Below are positions 9,905 to 20,391 of a DNA stretch of 64,000 nucleotides, in pieces; positions within the stretch are counted from its first letter, which is position 1, and every line of letters begins with the position of its first letter. Under the pieces are notes generated by a model. That model made no database searches, was not told the origin of the DNA, and saw nothing but the letters and a program-made list of their open reading frames with translations. The DNA comes from an uncultured Candidatus Saccharibacteria bacterium (GTDB taxonomy: Bacteria; Patescibacteriota; Minisyncoccia; Phycocordibacterales; UBA918), in contig CAZKFF010000006.1 of the NCBI GenBank assembly GCA_964552045.1, positions 34,657-98,656 of the forward strand, written 5' to 3'. The translations under genes were made by a program, and so were the position numbers.

Positions 9905-10537
9905 ATGTCGTCCTTACACTCAGGAAAGCAGCTGCATGCGCACAAGCGCGGCTTCACTGTTGTGGAGCTCATGGTCACGGTGACCATTGTGGTTCTGGTA
10001 ACCGGTATCGTCATGATCCGCTATTCGTCATTCAACAGCTCAGTGCTGCTCACGAGCCAGGCGTACATTACCGCATTCGACATCCGCGAAGCCCAGTCGC
10101 TTGCAGTGAGCGTGCGGGGAAATGCCAATGAATTCCGGGAGGAATATGGAATCTACATTACTATGAACACCCCTACGCAATATCAGCTTTTCCAGGATGA
10201 CGATGCCATCGGCGAGGCGTCGCCGGCGCAATACGCTCCGAGCGAGGCGATCGGAGCGCCGTTCAGGGTGGACTCTCGTTTTTCAATTGTAAACATCTGC
10301 GGGACGAACTCATCATCGCGGATGTGTTTTGTCGATGACCCAAAGACAACAGATGAAGTGATCAATAATAATTTCAGCGATATCGCTATTTCATTCAAAC
10401 GTCCGGACTTTGATGCTGCCTTCTATAATTCCTTCAGGTCGGATCTCCAGTCGGTCGAGATTCAGTACGGGAGTTCGAACAGTTCTATCCGCCGGACCGT
10501 CAAGATCTATACGAGCGGACAAATAACCATTGATTGA
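9905..10537 (+). CDS. Minor pilin / pseudopilin (prepilin-type N-terminal methylation motif)
   Basis: KRGFTVVELMVTVTIVVLV motif. Confidence 0.7.
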   Translation: MSSLHSGKQLHAHKRGFTVVELMVTVTIVVLVTGIVMIRYSSFNSSVLLTSQAYITAFDIREAQSLAVSVRGNANEFREEYGIYITMNTPTQYQLFQDDDAIGEASPAQYAPSEAIGAPFRVDSRFSIVNICGTNSSSRMCFVDDPKTTDEVINNNFSDIAISFKRPDFDAAFYNSFRSDLQSVEIQYGSSNSSIRRTVKIYTSGQITID

Positions 10538-11141
10538 TATGCATCAGGAATCGCCACAACTGCAGCACTACTACAAAGCCTCGGGTTTTTCGCTTATTGA
10601 GGTACTTGTTTCGCTTTCCTTATTCACTATTGTTATGACCGTCAGTGTGGGTGTGCTCATGGTACTTATTGATGCCAATGCCCGTGCGCAAAGTACGCAG
10701 GAGGTTATGACCAATCTCTCCTTTGCGCTCGACAGTATTACCCGCGAGATACGCACCGGCTCAGATTATTATTGTGGTGGGGTGAGTGAACTGCCGACCT
10801 CAGGCGAAGCCGCAATGAACTGTCCTTCAGGAAGTGAAGGACTTACCTTCAATGAAGGAGGGCAGAGTCTGACCGAAGACGCGAGCAGCCGGCGGATTGC
10901 GCTACGCCTCAATAACGAGTCGATCGAACGGCGGCTGGGAGATGGAACATGGACACCCATCACCTCTGAGGATATTACAGTCCATGAATTGCGGTTCATC
11001 GTTACCGGGGTAACGCGCTCGGATGCGGAGTCGCCGACGGTGACGCTCTACATCAAAGGCGAGGCCGGCAGTGAAGAGGATGGCACCGAAAGTGAATTCA
11101 GCGTGCAGACCACCGTCGTGCAACAGCTGTTGGATATATAG
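10530..11141 (+). CDS. Minor pilin (PilW/FimT-like)
   Basis: ASGFSLIEVLVSLSLFTIV prepilin motif. Confidence 0.7.
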   Translation: MIDMHQESPQLQHYYKASGFSLIEVLVSLSLFTIVMTVSVGVLMVLIDANARAQSTQEVMTNLSFALDSITREIRTGSDYYCGGVSELPTSGEAAMNCPSGSEGLTFNEGGQSLTEDASSRRIALRLNNESIERRLGDGTWTPITSEDITVHELRFIVTGVTRSDAESPTVTLYIKGEAGSEEDGTESEFSVQTTVVQQLLDI

Positions 11142-11146
11142 AGCAT

Positions 11147-11701
11147 ATGAGATACCAAACACATACAACAGGATATTCGCTCGTTGAGGTACTGGTCGCA
11201 ATATCTATTCTGATGCTCTCCATTGTCGGCCCCATGACCATCGCGGCAAAAAGCATGCAAAGTGCACAATACGCGCGCCAACAGAACACTGCATTTTTTC
11301 TCGCCCAGGAAGGAATTTCCGCTGCAAACACCATCAGGAACAATAGCAGCCTCGATGCATATCTGGACTCCGATATCAGCCCGTGGCTATGGGTCAATGA
11401 AGCGTCGCTCCAGCCGTGTTTTACTGCCACGGGGTGCGATATCGACTTCAGGGATGCAACGCTTCTCGACAATGTCGTCAGCTGCTCTTCGGATTGCACA
11501 TTGCGCTTCAATGAAGCTGCGAACAGGGCGGTGTACCAGCACGTGAGCGGGGATGCCACGCCGTACACCCGGGTGCTGCTTTTCGACTTCATCAATGGTG
11601 ACGAGGTGGCCGTCAAATCGACCGTGAGTTGGGGGACGACGCTTTTGGGCGGTACGCAGTCGGTTACGCTCAGCACCAGTTTATTTAATCTGTACAAATA
11701 G
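11147..11701 (+). CDS. Minor pilin (PilV-like)
   Basis: TGYSLVEVLVAISILMLSIV prepilin motif. Confidence 0.7.
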   Translation: MRYQTHTTGYSLVEVLVAISILMLSIVGPMTIAAKSMQSAQYARQQNTAFFLAQEGISAANTIRNNSSLDAYLDSDISPWLWVNEASLQPCFTATGCDIDFRDATLLDNVVSCSSDCTLRFNEAANRAVYQHVSGDATPYTRVLLFDFINGDEVAVKSTVSWGTTLLGGTQSVTLSTSLFNLYK

Positions 11702-11704
11702 ATC

Positions 11705-14345
<2,641 letters not shown>

Positions 14346-14381
14346 TTCTCCGGCTCGTCTTAAGAGAAGGGCTGTGCTATC

Positions 14382-14681
14382 ATGCCCCTCATGGAAAAAA
14401 AGGATATCGTACATCTGGCAAACCTTGCCCGCATACGCATAACCGATGAAGAAGCTGAGGCTCTGAAAGAGGAGATCGCGTCGGTACTCGCGTATGTCAG
14501 CGCCGTTGATGACATCACATCCGACAGCGGCATCACCAAAAAAGCGGGAGTACGCCACAATGTCTTCCGCGAAGACATTGTCACCAACGAGCCTGATGCG
14601 TACACACAAGCACTTTTGCGCGAGGCTCCGTCGAAGAAAGGCCGTCATTTGGCAGTTAAGAAGATATTGCAGCTCGACTAA
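14382..14681 (+). CDS. gatC: Asp/Glu-tRNA amidotransferase subunit C
   Basis: 99 aa, LANLARIRITDEEAEALKEEI typical GatC. Confidence 0.85.
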   Translation: MPLMEKKDIVHLANLARIRITDEEAEALKEEIASVLAYVSAVDDITSDSGITKKAGVRHNVFREDIVTNEPDAYTQALLREAPSKKGRHLAVKKILQLD

Positions 14682-14682
14682 T

Positions 14683-16092
14683 ATGACCATCGCAGAACTC
14701 ATAGAGAAATTCAAAGCAGGAAGCTATACGCCGGTTGATGCGGTGAAGGATGCGCGCGCATGCATCGCCCAAAAAGACGGCGAGATACATGCATTCCTCG
14801 ATGTCTTTGACGAGGCACTTGAAGAAGCTGAAGTTGCCGCACAGCGGTACGCAAACGATTCGGAGCTTCCGCCACTTCTCGGTGTCCCGCTTGCTGTCAA
14901 GAACAACATTCTCATAGAAGGGAAAAAAGCCACTGGCGGTTCGAAGATACTGGAGCATTATACGGCTACCTATGATGCCACCATCATCACACGTCTGAAA
15001 GCTGCAGGCGCGATCCTCATCGGCGCTACCAACCTCGACGAATTCGCAATGGGGTCATCAACAGAACATTCGGCGTTCGGCCCGACAAAGAATCCTCTCG
15101 ACACTTCCCGCGTGCCCGGCGGCTCTTCAGGCGGTTCTGCGGCGGCGGTGGCAATGGGCGCGGTACCTGCTGCGATCGGAACCGACACAGGAGGCTCTGT
15201 ACGTCAGCCGGCGAGTTTCTGCGGGCTGGTCGGTTTCAAACCGACCTACGGCGCCGTTTCCCGCTATGGGCTTATGGCGATGGGTTCCTCATTCGACCAG
15301 GCCGGTCCGCTAGCGCAGAGCGTTGCTGATGCTGAGCTCATACACAGCGTACTTTCCGGAGTAGATCAGATGGATGCGACCACTATCGCGCCCGACACCT
15401 ACCCGGCTGTTGCGCTCAAAGAAAAGTACACTATCGGCGTGCCGCAGGATTTTCTTGGGGAAGGAATTGATCCTGACGTCCGAAAACTCTTTGAAGACCA
15501 CATCACCTTCCTCAAAGCGGAAGGGCATGCTGTTGTGGATGTGAAGCTCCCTCTGTTTGAAAAAGGTCTTGCAGCATACTACATCTCTGTACCTGCGGAA
15601 GTATCATCCAATCTCGCCCGATATGACGGCATGCGCTATGGTCTCAAAGTTGAAGGGGAGTCGCTTCTTGATGTCTATGAGAAGACCCGTGCGGAAGGGT
15701 TCGGCCCCGAGGTGAAGCGGCGCATTCTGCTCGGAACGTACGTGCTCTCCTCCGGATACTATGATGCGTACTATGCCAAAGCTGAGGCAGCGCGCGAACT
15801 GATGCGCGAGGAACTCGCGGAGGTGTTCACCGGTGTGGATCTCGTGCTGATTCCTGCGACACCAACCCCTGCTTTCAGGCTTGGTGAGCTGCATGATCCG
15901 ATGTCGCTTTATAAGCAGGACATTTTCACGGTGCCGGTGAATCTTACCGGTGTGCCGGCGATCTCTGTGCCCGGGGGAACTGTTGAACGCGACGGAATCG
16001 CGCTTCCTGTTGGGGTACAATATATAGCACCACATGGTGGTGATGCACGACTCTTTGATATCGGCAAGAAGACCTATGACGCTCACAAGTAA
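14683..16092 (+). CDS. gatA: Asp/Glu-tRNA amidotransferase subunit A (amidase signature)
   Basis: Amidase signature GGSSGGSAAAVA, Ser-cisSer-Lys triad context; ATG 14683 is 2 nt after the gatC stop. Confidence 0.9.
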   Translation: MTIAELIEKFKAGSYTPVDAVKDARACIAQKDGEIHAFLDVFDEALEEAEVAAQRYANDSELPPLLGVPLAVKNNILIEGKKATGGSKILEHYTATYDATIITRLKAAGAILIGATNLDEFAMGSSTEHSAFGPTKNPLDTSRVPGGSSGGSAAAVAMGAVPAAIGTDTGGSVRQPASFCGLVGFKPTYGAVSRYGLMAMGSSFDQAGPLAQSVADAELIHSVLSGVDQMDATTIAPDTYPAVALKEKYTIGVPQDFLGEGIDPDVRKLFEDHITFLKAEGHAVVDVKLPLFEKGLAAYYISVPAEVSSNLARYDGMRYGLKVEGESLLDVYEKTRAEGFGPEVKRRILLGTYVLSSGYYDAYYAKAEAARELMREELAEVFTGVDLVLIPATPTPAFRLGELHDPMSLYKQDIFTVPVNLTGVPAISVPGGTVERDGIALPVGVQYIAPHGGDARLFDIGKKTYDAHK

Positions 16093-16125
16093 GCAAAAGA
16101 GGAGTGGCCAACGACACTGATCCCT

Positions 16126-16725
16126 ATGCTACCTGATAATGATATTGTCTATGATTGGTACAGCATTGATGCTGATTTCTTTCGGAATATATTTGATTTC
16201 TTCTTCGGCGGCGGCTTTTCCTTTGACGGTTTCGTAGAGTGGCTGTTCACGATCTGGACACTCTATTCCATACTTGCATTCATCATCTCAGGCCTATTCA
16301 TTTTCGGCATAGTCTATGCGTACATCCGCATCAATCAGATGAGCGAAGAGGAGGAGGAAAGGCTGCATGAGCAGGAACAGATGTGGAAGGAGCTCCACGG
16401 CGGCCGCATCGAGAATGAACGCTGGCAGAACGTGCAGCTGCACCTGCAATCCGGTAACCCTAACGACTGGAAACTTGCCATTATTGAGGCTGATGTCCTG
16501 CTCGAACGCATGCTTGATAAGGCCGGCTATGCAGGCAATACGGTGGGGGAGAAGCTCAAAAGCGCTTCAGCACGGTCGTTTGCAACGCTCGATGATGCCT
16601 GGCAGGCGCACCGGGTGCGCAATCAGATCGCCCACGGCGGCGCCGATTTTATTCTGACGCAGAAGGTTGCCCAAGAAACACTCGTCCTCTATGAGCGCGT
16701 CTTCAGGGAATTTGATGTCATATAA
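16126..16725 (+). CDS. Membrane-anchored hypothetical protein with C-terminal HEPN-like (DUF4145-like) domain
   Basis: TM segment (LFTIWTLYSILAFIISGLFIFGIVYAYI) then soluble domain containing HRVRNQIAHG (R-N-x3-H, HEPN-type motif). Confidence 0.5.
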   Translation: MLPDNDIVYDWYSIDADFFRNIFDFFFGGGFSFDGFVEWLFTIWTLYSILAFIISGLFIFGIVYAYIRINQMSEEEEERLHEQEQMWKELHGGRIENERWQNVQLHLQSGNPNDWKLAIIEADVLLERMLDKAGYAGNTVGEKLKSASARSFATLDDAWQAHRVRNQIAHGGADFILTQKVAQETLVLYERVFREFDVI

Positions 16726-16761
16726 AAAAATAACAGGAGAGCGAAGAGCTGTCCTGTCTGT

Positions 16762-16974
16762 TTAGTTTTTCTTGGGGGTATGTGCCTCCAAGAGCTGCAG
16801 GAAGTGCGTCAACGCTGCTTGTGCTTCTTGCAGTCGTCGCACCATCTTCCTGCTTGCGTCAGCGTACGCCCGCGGGAAGCTGGGGATGAGCTTGCCGTTG
16901 TCGGACATGGTGTCCACGTCGGTAAGTGAACGAGCCGCGACGTCGATCTTGGAGATCTGGATGGCTGCAGACAC
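16762..16974 (-). CDS. Hypothetical small protein (GTG start), weak
   Basis: 70-aa ORF with GTG start; its start overlaps the inverted tRNA-fMet fragment; no recognisable domain. Confidence 0.2.
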   Translation of the reverse strand: MSAAIQISKIDVAARSLTDVDTMSDNGKLIPSFPRAYADASRKMVRRLQEAQAALTHFLQLLEAHTPKKN

Positions 16975-16999
16975 CGGTTCGATTCCGGGCCTTTCGCAA
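16972..16999 (+). repeat. Inverted partial copy of the tRNA-fMet 3' end (T-arm plus acceptor)
   Basis: acaccggttcgattccgggcctttcgca vs tRNA 3' end CCCCGGTTCGATTCCGGGCCCCGCA; on the strand opposite the tRNA gene. Confidence 0.6.
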
Positions 17000-17043
17000 A
17001 GAAAAGAAAAAGACCTGCCAGTGGCAGGTCTTTTTCTTTTCTT
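16998..17043. terminator. Bidirectional terminator (gacctgccagtggcaggtc stem flanked by A/T runs on both sides)
   Basis: Perfect 8-bp stem with symmetric aaagaaaagaaaaa / tttttcttttctt flanks. Confidence 0.7.
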
Positions 17044-17044
17044 G

Positions 17045-17115
17045 TTGCGGGGCCCGGAATCGAACCGGGGTCTGGAGGTTATGAGCCTCCCGAGGTACCT
17101 CTCCTCTACCCCGCT
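17045..17115 (-). tRNA. tRNA-Met (CAU), initiator-like: A1·A72 mismatch, two of three G-C pairs in anticodon stem, 4-nt variable loop, CCA not encoded
   Basis: Manual fold: AGCGGGG-TA-GAGG-AGAGGTA-CCTC-G-GGAGG-CTCATAA-CCTCC-AGAC-CCCGG-TTCGATT-CCGGG-CCCCGCA-A. Confidence 0.7.
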
Positions 17116-17240
17116 ATATGTTTTTTACCTTCGCTATACGTCGCTCCACATGAGTCCTTTCGTTGTTGAACCGCAGAAAATCAAGGTAGGAAGACTATAC
17201 GCCATTTATATGAAGTATGCAAATCGATACGGCACATAAA

Positions 17241-17276
17241 GAATGCCGTGGCGCGCAAGGTTGCGCGTCACGGCAT
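17241..17276 (-). terminator. Terminator hairpin downstream of the E2-E1 operon
   Basis: gccgtgacgcgcaaccttgcgcgccacggc imperfect 14-bp stem followed by attcttt on the minus strand. Confidence 0.55.
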
Positions 17277-17318
17277 GTGCTTGAAAGATCGGTTGAGTCC
17301 TGGGCTCAGTCGGGTGGC

Positions 17319-17468
17319 TCACCCCAGCCGGGCGCGCGGTTCCTGCTCGGCGTCGGGCCTGGACTTCAGCGTGGACCCGGACCTGGCGTCGGCGGGCGCA
17401 CTGACGATCGAGGAAATATCGGTTACCTTACTGGCCCCAAGAGCGGCCATGCCTTCTTGCATGCGCAT
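17319..17468 (-). CDS. Candidate 49-aa Gly-terminated small protein downstream of E1 (speculative)
   Basis: AAGGAG 7 nt upstream of ATG (minus 17468); product MRMQEGMAALGASKVTDISSIVSAPADARSGSTLKSRPDAEQEPRARLG; lies in a ~70% GC segment and has low-complexity composition, so it could be spurious. Confidence 0.25.
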   Translation of the reverse strand: MRMQEGMAALGASKVTDISSIVSAPADARSGSTLKSRPDAEQEPRARLG

Positions 17469-17547
17469 CGCAGTTCTCCTTCTCGTGATCGGACTGATCA
17501 CTTCTCAACGATACGCCAGTACCCGGCAGCTCGTCAAGCATTCGCAG

Positions 17548-18243
17548 TTACCATACTGACGCCTTCAGTTCCCATGGGGAGAAGGTGAGCCGGAGATGGT
17601 TGGCGAACTCGTTGGTTTTGGCAACGTGGTGGATCATCTGCTGAACGGCCATGCTCGCGGTAATTGTCACCGCGGTGATCACCGACTGGTGTCCGCCGCA
17701 GCCTGCCTGGTCGTTCGCGTCCGCATCCGGGAACCAATATTCTTCCCAGATCGCGATGTGCTCCTCGTTGTTAGGGTCGAGGGTGAACACGATCGCGTTG
17801 CCTGCATCCATGCGCGTTTCGATGAGGAGCTCGACATCAGGATTCCTCCAGATGGAAGTTTCGCAGATGTTCTTGCGTGCCTGCATCGTATCGAGACAGG
17901 TGAACACCACGCCCGAAAGCGGGATACTTCCCTCTACGAACTGCGGATGGGCTCGGGCGGTATTGCCGCCGCTCCATGCTGCGAACTGCTGTGCGAGCGC
18001 CTCGACCTTCTTCTGGCCGATGTGCTCTGTGCTGTACGCCTGGTTGGCGATATTGTGCGGCTCTATGGCGTCGCCGTCATAGAGATCGAGTGTGTTTTGC
18101 GGATGCGTCCCGACGCCGAGCTTGGCAAGGTGGAGCGCCACATGGCTCCCGACACCCCCTGCGCCGATCAGGTGCAGGGGCTTGTTGAATGCATGCCGGT
18201 TAAAGAGCGTGTCGTGCCGCGTAGTATCAAGACCCATGGTCAT
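17548..18243 (-). CDS. E1-like adenylyltransferase (ThiF/MoeB/HesA family)
   Basis: 231 aa; LIGAGGVGSHVALHLAKLGVG Rossmann motif, DGDAIEPHNIANQ, C-terminal AGCGG; ATGA overlap with the upstream E2-like gene. Confidence 0.8.
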   Translation of the reverse strand: MTMGLDTTRHDTLFNRHAFNKPLHLIGAGGVGSHVALHLAKLGVGTHPQNTLDLYDGDAIEPHNIANQAYSTEHIGQKKVEALAQQFAAWSGGNTARAHPQFVEGSIPLSGVVFTCLDTMQARKNICETSIWRNPDVELLIETRMDAGNAIVFTLDPNNEEHIAIWEEYWFPDADANDQAGCGGHQSVITAVTITASMAVQQMIHHVAKTNEFANHLRLTFSPWELKASVW

Positions 18244-18905
18244 TGCCCCTCCTTCAGAGGCCAGTATTCGATGCGTGCATCGGGATATTGTCCTTCGTCG
18301 ACAGTATGGAGCGCCCTTACGAGCATCCGCACGGCCGGACTGATCTGGCCTTCGGTCAGATACTCATCGAGGATGTCCTTGCCGGAGGCCATGCAGAAGA
18401 TGTTCCGGCTGTTGATATGCGGGTGATGGTACGAGATCTCGATCTCGCCGCCCTCGAGCCTTTTGGACATCGGGGAGGTGATATTGCACAGGCGCACCAG
18501 CTTGTTCTTGCGGTTGATAAGTATGATGAACTCGCCGATACTGTGCTCCTTGCCGGTGCACGGGTCTGTTATGTAGACGTGCTTGGTACCGAGCATGAGC
18601 TCGAAGCTCTCTTCGCTCTCGCGAAAGGCGATATGCGTGATCTCCGGTATGCCCATGAGCTCCCGCAGGTCCTTGAGGATCATCGCGGGGTTGCCCCTGT
18701 TGATCCTGCTTTGGCAAAAGTGGACATAGTGCCGCGCGATCGCTTTGAACTCTGAGGTCTCTTCAACGGGGACCTTCTCTTCATGAAGCGGAGGGTTGTG
18801 CACTCGCTGCAGCCTTTGGAAGAAATTCTCCATTGAAGTCACTCCTACATGTGGTTGTACTGGTCTGAAGCGAGCATACGCCTCATGACAGAAATTGACA
18901 AGCAT
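18240..18905 (-). CDS. E2-like ubiquitin-conjugating (UBC-fold) protein, candidate catalytic Cys
   Basis: SYHHPHINSRNIFCMASGKDILDEY...ISPAV matches the UBC signature YHPNI-x4-G-x-IC-x-DIL...WSPAL; AAGGA SD before ATG 18905. Confidence 0.6.
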   Translation of the reverse strand: MLVNFCHEAYARFRPVQPHVGVTSMENFFQRLQRVHNPPLHEEKVPVEETSEFKAIARHYVHFCQSRINRGNPAMILKDLRELMGIPEITHIAFRESEESFELMLGTKHVYITDPCTGKEHSIGEFIILINRKNKLVRLCNITSPMSKRLEGGEIEISYHHPHINSRNIFCMASGKDILDEYLTEGQISPAVRMLVRALHTVDEGQYPDARIEYWPLKEGQ

Positions 18906-18954
18906 CAGTGATCCTTTAGCGGATGAGCCGTTTTTATGCTATAACAGCAGTCAT

Positions 18955-19653
18955 ATGCAATGTGTAATTCTCGCTGCCGGAAAAGGCACGCGTCTGCGTC
19001 CGCTTACAGAAAATCTGCCCAAACCGCTGGTGCAGGTCGCGGGTAAGACGCTTCTCGATCATATTGTTGAGGCGGTTCCGAGTTCGATCGATGAGCTCAT
19101 TATCGTGACCGGATATCTCGGACACATGATACAGGAGTATTGCGGGGAGGAATTCCACGGACGAAAAGTGACCTACGTGACCCAAGAAGAGCAGAACGGG
19201 ACAGCGAAGGCATTGTGGCTGTGCAAAGACCTTATCAAAGGACGCTTTCTGTTTTTGTTTGCTGACGATATCCACGGCAAGGAAGATTTGGCCCGCGCCA
19301 CTTCTTTCACCCGTTCGCTTCTGGTGGCTTCAGTTGCCAACCCGGAGAAGTTTGGCATCGTTGTCCGCAACCCCGACGGCACGCTCGGCTTGATGATCGA
19401 AAAGCCGGAGCATGCGCCAAGTAATTGTGCGTCAACCGGAGCAATGGTGCTTGATGAACATATTTTCAAATTCGAACCGCAGACGCCGGTAAAGGAGGAA
19501 TATTACCTCACCGAGGTCATTGAGCGGTATGCGCAGGACTACCCCATTGCTGTGGTTGAACAGAGCAAGTGGATCCCGATCGCCACGCCTGAGGATGTCG
19601 AGAAGGCCAACGCGCTCTTCAATATAGATACCGTTCCTCAGATGGAAGTGTAA
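18955..19653 (+). CDS. Sugar-phosphate nucleotidyltransferase (NTP_transferase family, short form)
   Basis: MQCVILAAGKGTRLRPLTENLPKPL signature G-x-G-T-R-L-x-P-L-T; 233 aa. Confidence 0.8.
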   Translation: MQCVILAAGKGTRLRPLTENLPKPLVQVAGKTLLDHIVEAVPSSIDELIIVTGYLGHMIQEYCGEEFHGRKVTYVTQEEQNGTAKALWLCKDLIKGRFLFLFADDIHGKEDLARATSFTRSLLVASVANPEKFGIVVRNPDGTLGLMIEKPEHAPSNCASTGAMVLDEHIFKFEPQTPVKEEYYLTEVIERYAQDYPIAVVEQSKWIPIATPEDVEKANALFNIDTVPQMEV

Positions 19654-20354
19654 TGAGCGTCACTATGCAATGCGTCATCATTTGTGCAGGCAAGGGGACA
19701 CGAATGCGTCCCTTAACGGATACCACCCCCAAGCCGATGATCAAGGTCTGCGGCAAGCCGATCTTGCAGCACGTTATCGAAGCGCTGCCGCAGGAGATAG
19801 ACGAGCTTATCCTGGTTGTCGGGTATCTGAAAGAACAGATCGAAGTCTTCTGTGGAGACACGTACCAGGGCAAGAAGGTACGCTATGTGACCCAGGAGAA
19901 TTTCGCCGGCGGCACGGGTGATGCGCTCTTGTGCGCCAAAGACCTGGTCCGGGGGAAGTTTATGTTCATGTTCGCGGACGACATTCACGGAAAAGAAGCA
20001 CTGTTGCAGCTGGTGCAATACGACAATGCGATTCTGAGCGCCTACTCGCATACCCCTGAGCGGTTTGGCGTTCTGGTGCAAAATATAGATGGCTCCCTTA
20101 AGGAAATACTCGAAAAGCCGGAGAACCCGCCGTCGAATCTCATCAACACAGGGGTTTTTGTTGCGGGAGAAGCACTCTTCAGTTACCAGGTGCCAGTCAG
20201 CAGCTCGGGCGAATTGTATGCAACGGATATGCTGACCGCGTATGCGAGTGATCACAAGCTCCAGGTCATAGAACAGGTGCAGTGGCTTCCGATCGGTTAC
20301 CCGGAACATATCACTGAGGCTGAGGCGATCCTGTGCCCGACACAGATTGATTGA
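19653..20354 (+). CDS. Sugar-phosphate nucleotidyltransferase paralog
   Basis: MQCVIICAGKGTRMRPLTDTTPKPM; tandem paralog of the previous gene; TAATG junction. Confidence 0.8.
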   Translation: MSVTMQCVIICAGKGTRMRPLTDTTPKPMIKVCGKPILQHVIEALPQEIDELILVVGYLKEQIEVFCGDTYQGKKVRYVTQENFAGGTGDALLCAKDLVRGKFMFMFADDIHGKEALLQLVQYDNAILSAYSHTPERFGVLVQNIDGSLKEILEKPENPPSNLINTGVFVAGEALFSYQVPVSSSGELYATDMLTAYASDHKLQVIEQVQWLPIGYPEHITEAEAILCPTQID

Positions 20355-20391
20355 ACAGCGTAAATATAGTACTCTGTTGCACACCCAAATA

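Noticed and set aside
16772-17239. 155-aa plus-strand ORF spanning the terminator and the tRNA-fMet gene
   Set aside because: Crosses a tRNA and a strong bidirectional terminator; Cys/Ala/Ser-rich nonsense translation.
17217-17588. Plus-strand ORFs (123 and 103 aa) in the GC-rich spacer downstream of E1
   Set aside because: Convergent with the E2-E1 operon and begin inside its terminator; composition typical of GC-rich noncoding DNA. The minus-strand small ORF with a strong SD is the more plausible coding candidate and is itself flagged as uncertain.
17548-20354. Interpretation of E1/E2 plus adjacent nucleotidyltransferases as a CBASS (CD-NTase + Cap2) system
   Set aside because: The nucleotidyltransferases carry the sugar-phosphate NTP_transferase signature (GxGTRLxPLT), not a pol-beta/CD-NTase fold. 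E1 and E2 are separate small proteins rather than a Cap2 fusion. No effector or JAB gene.
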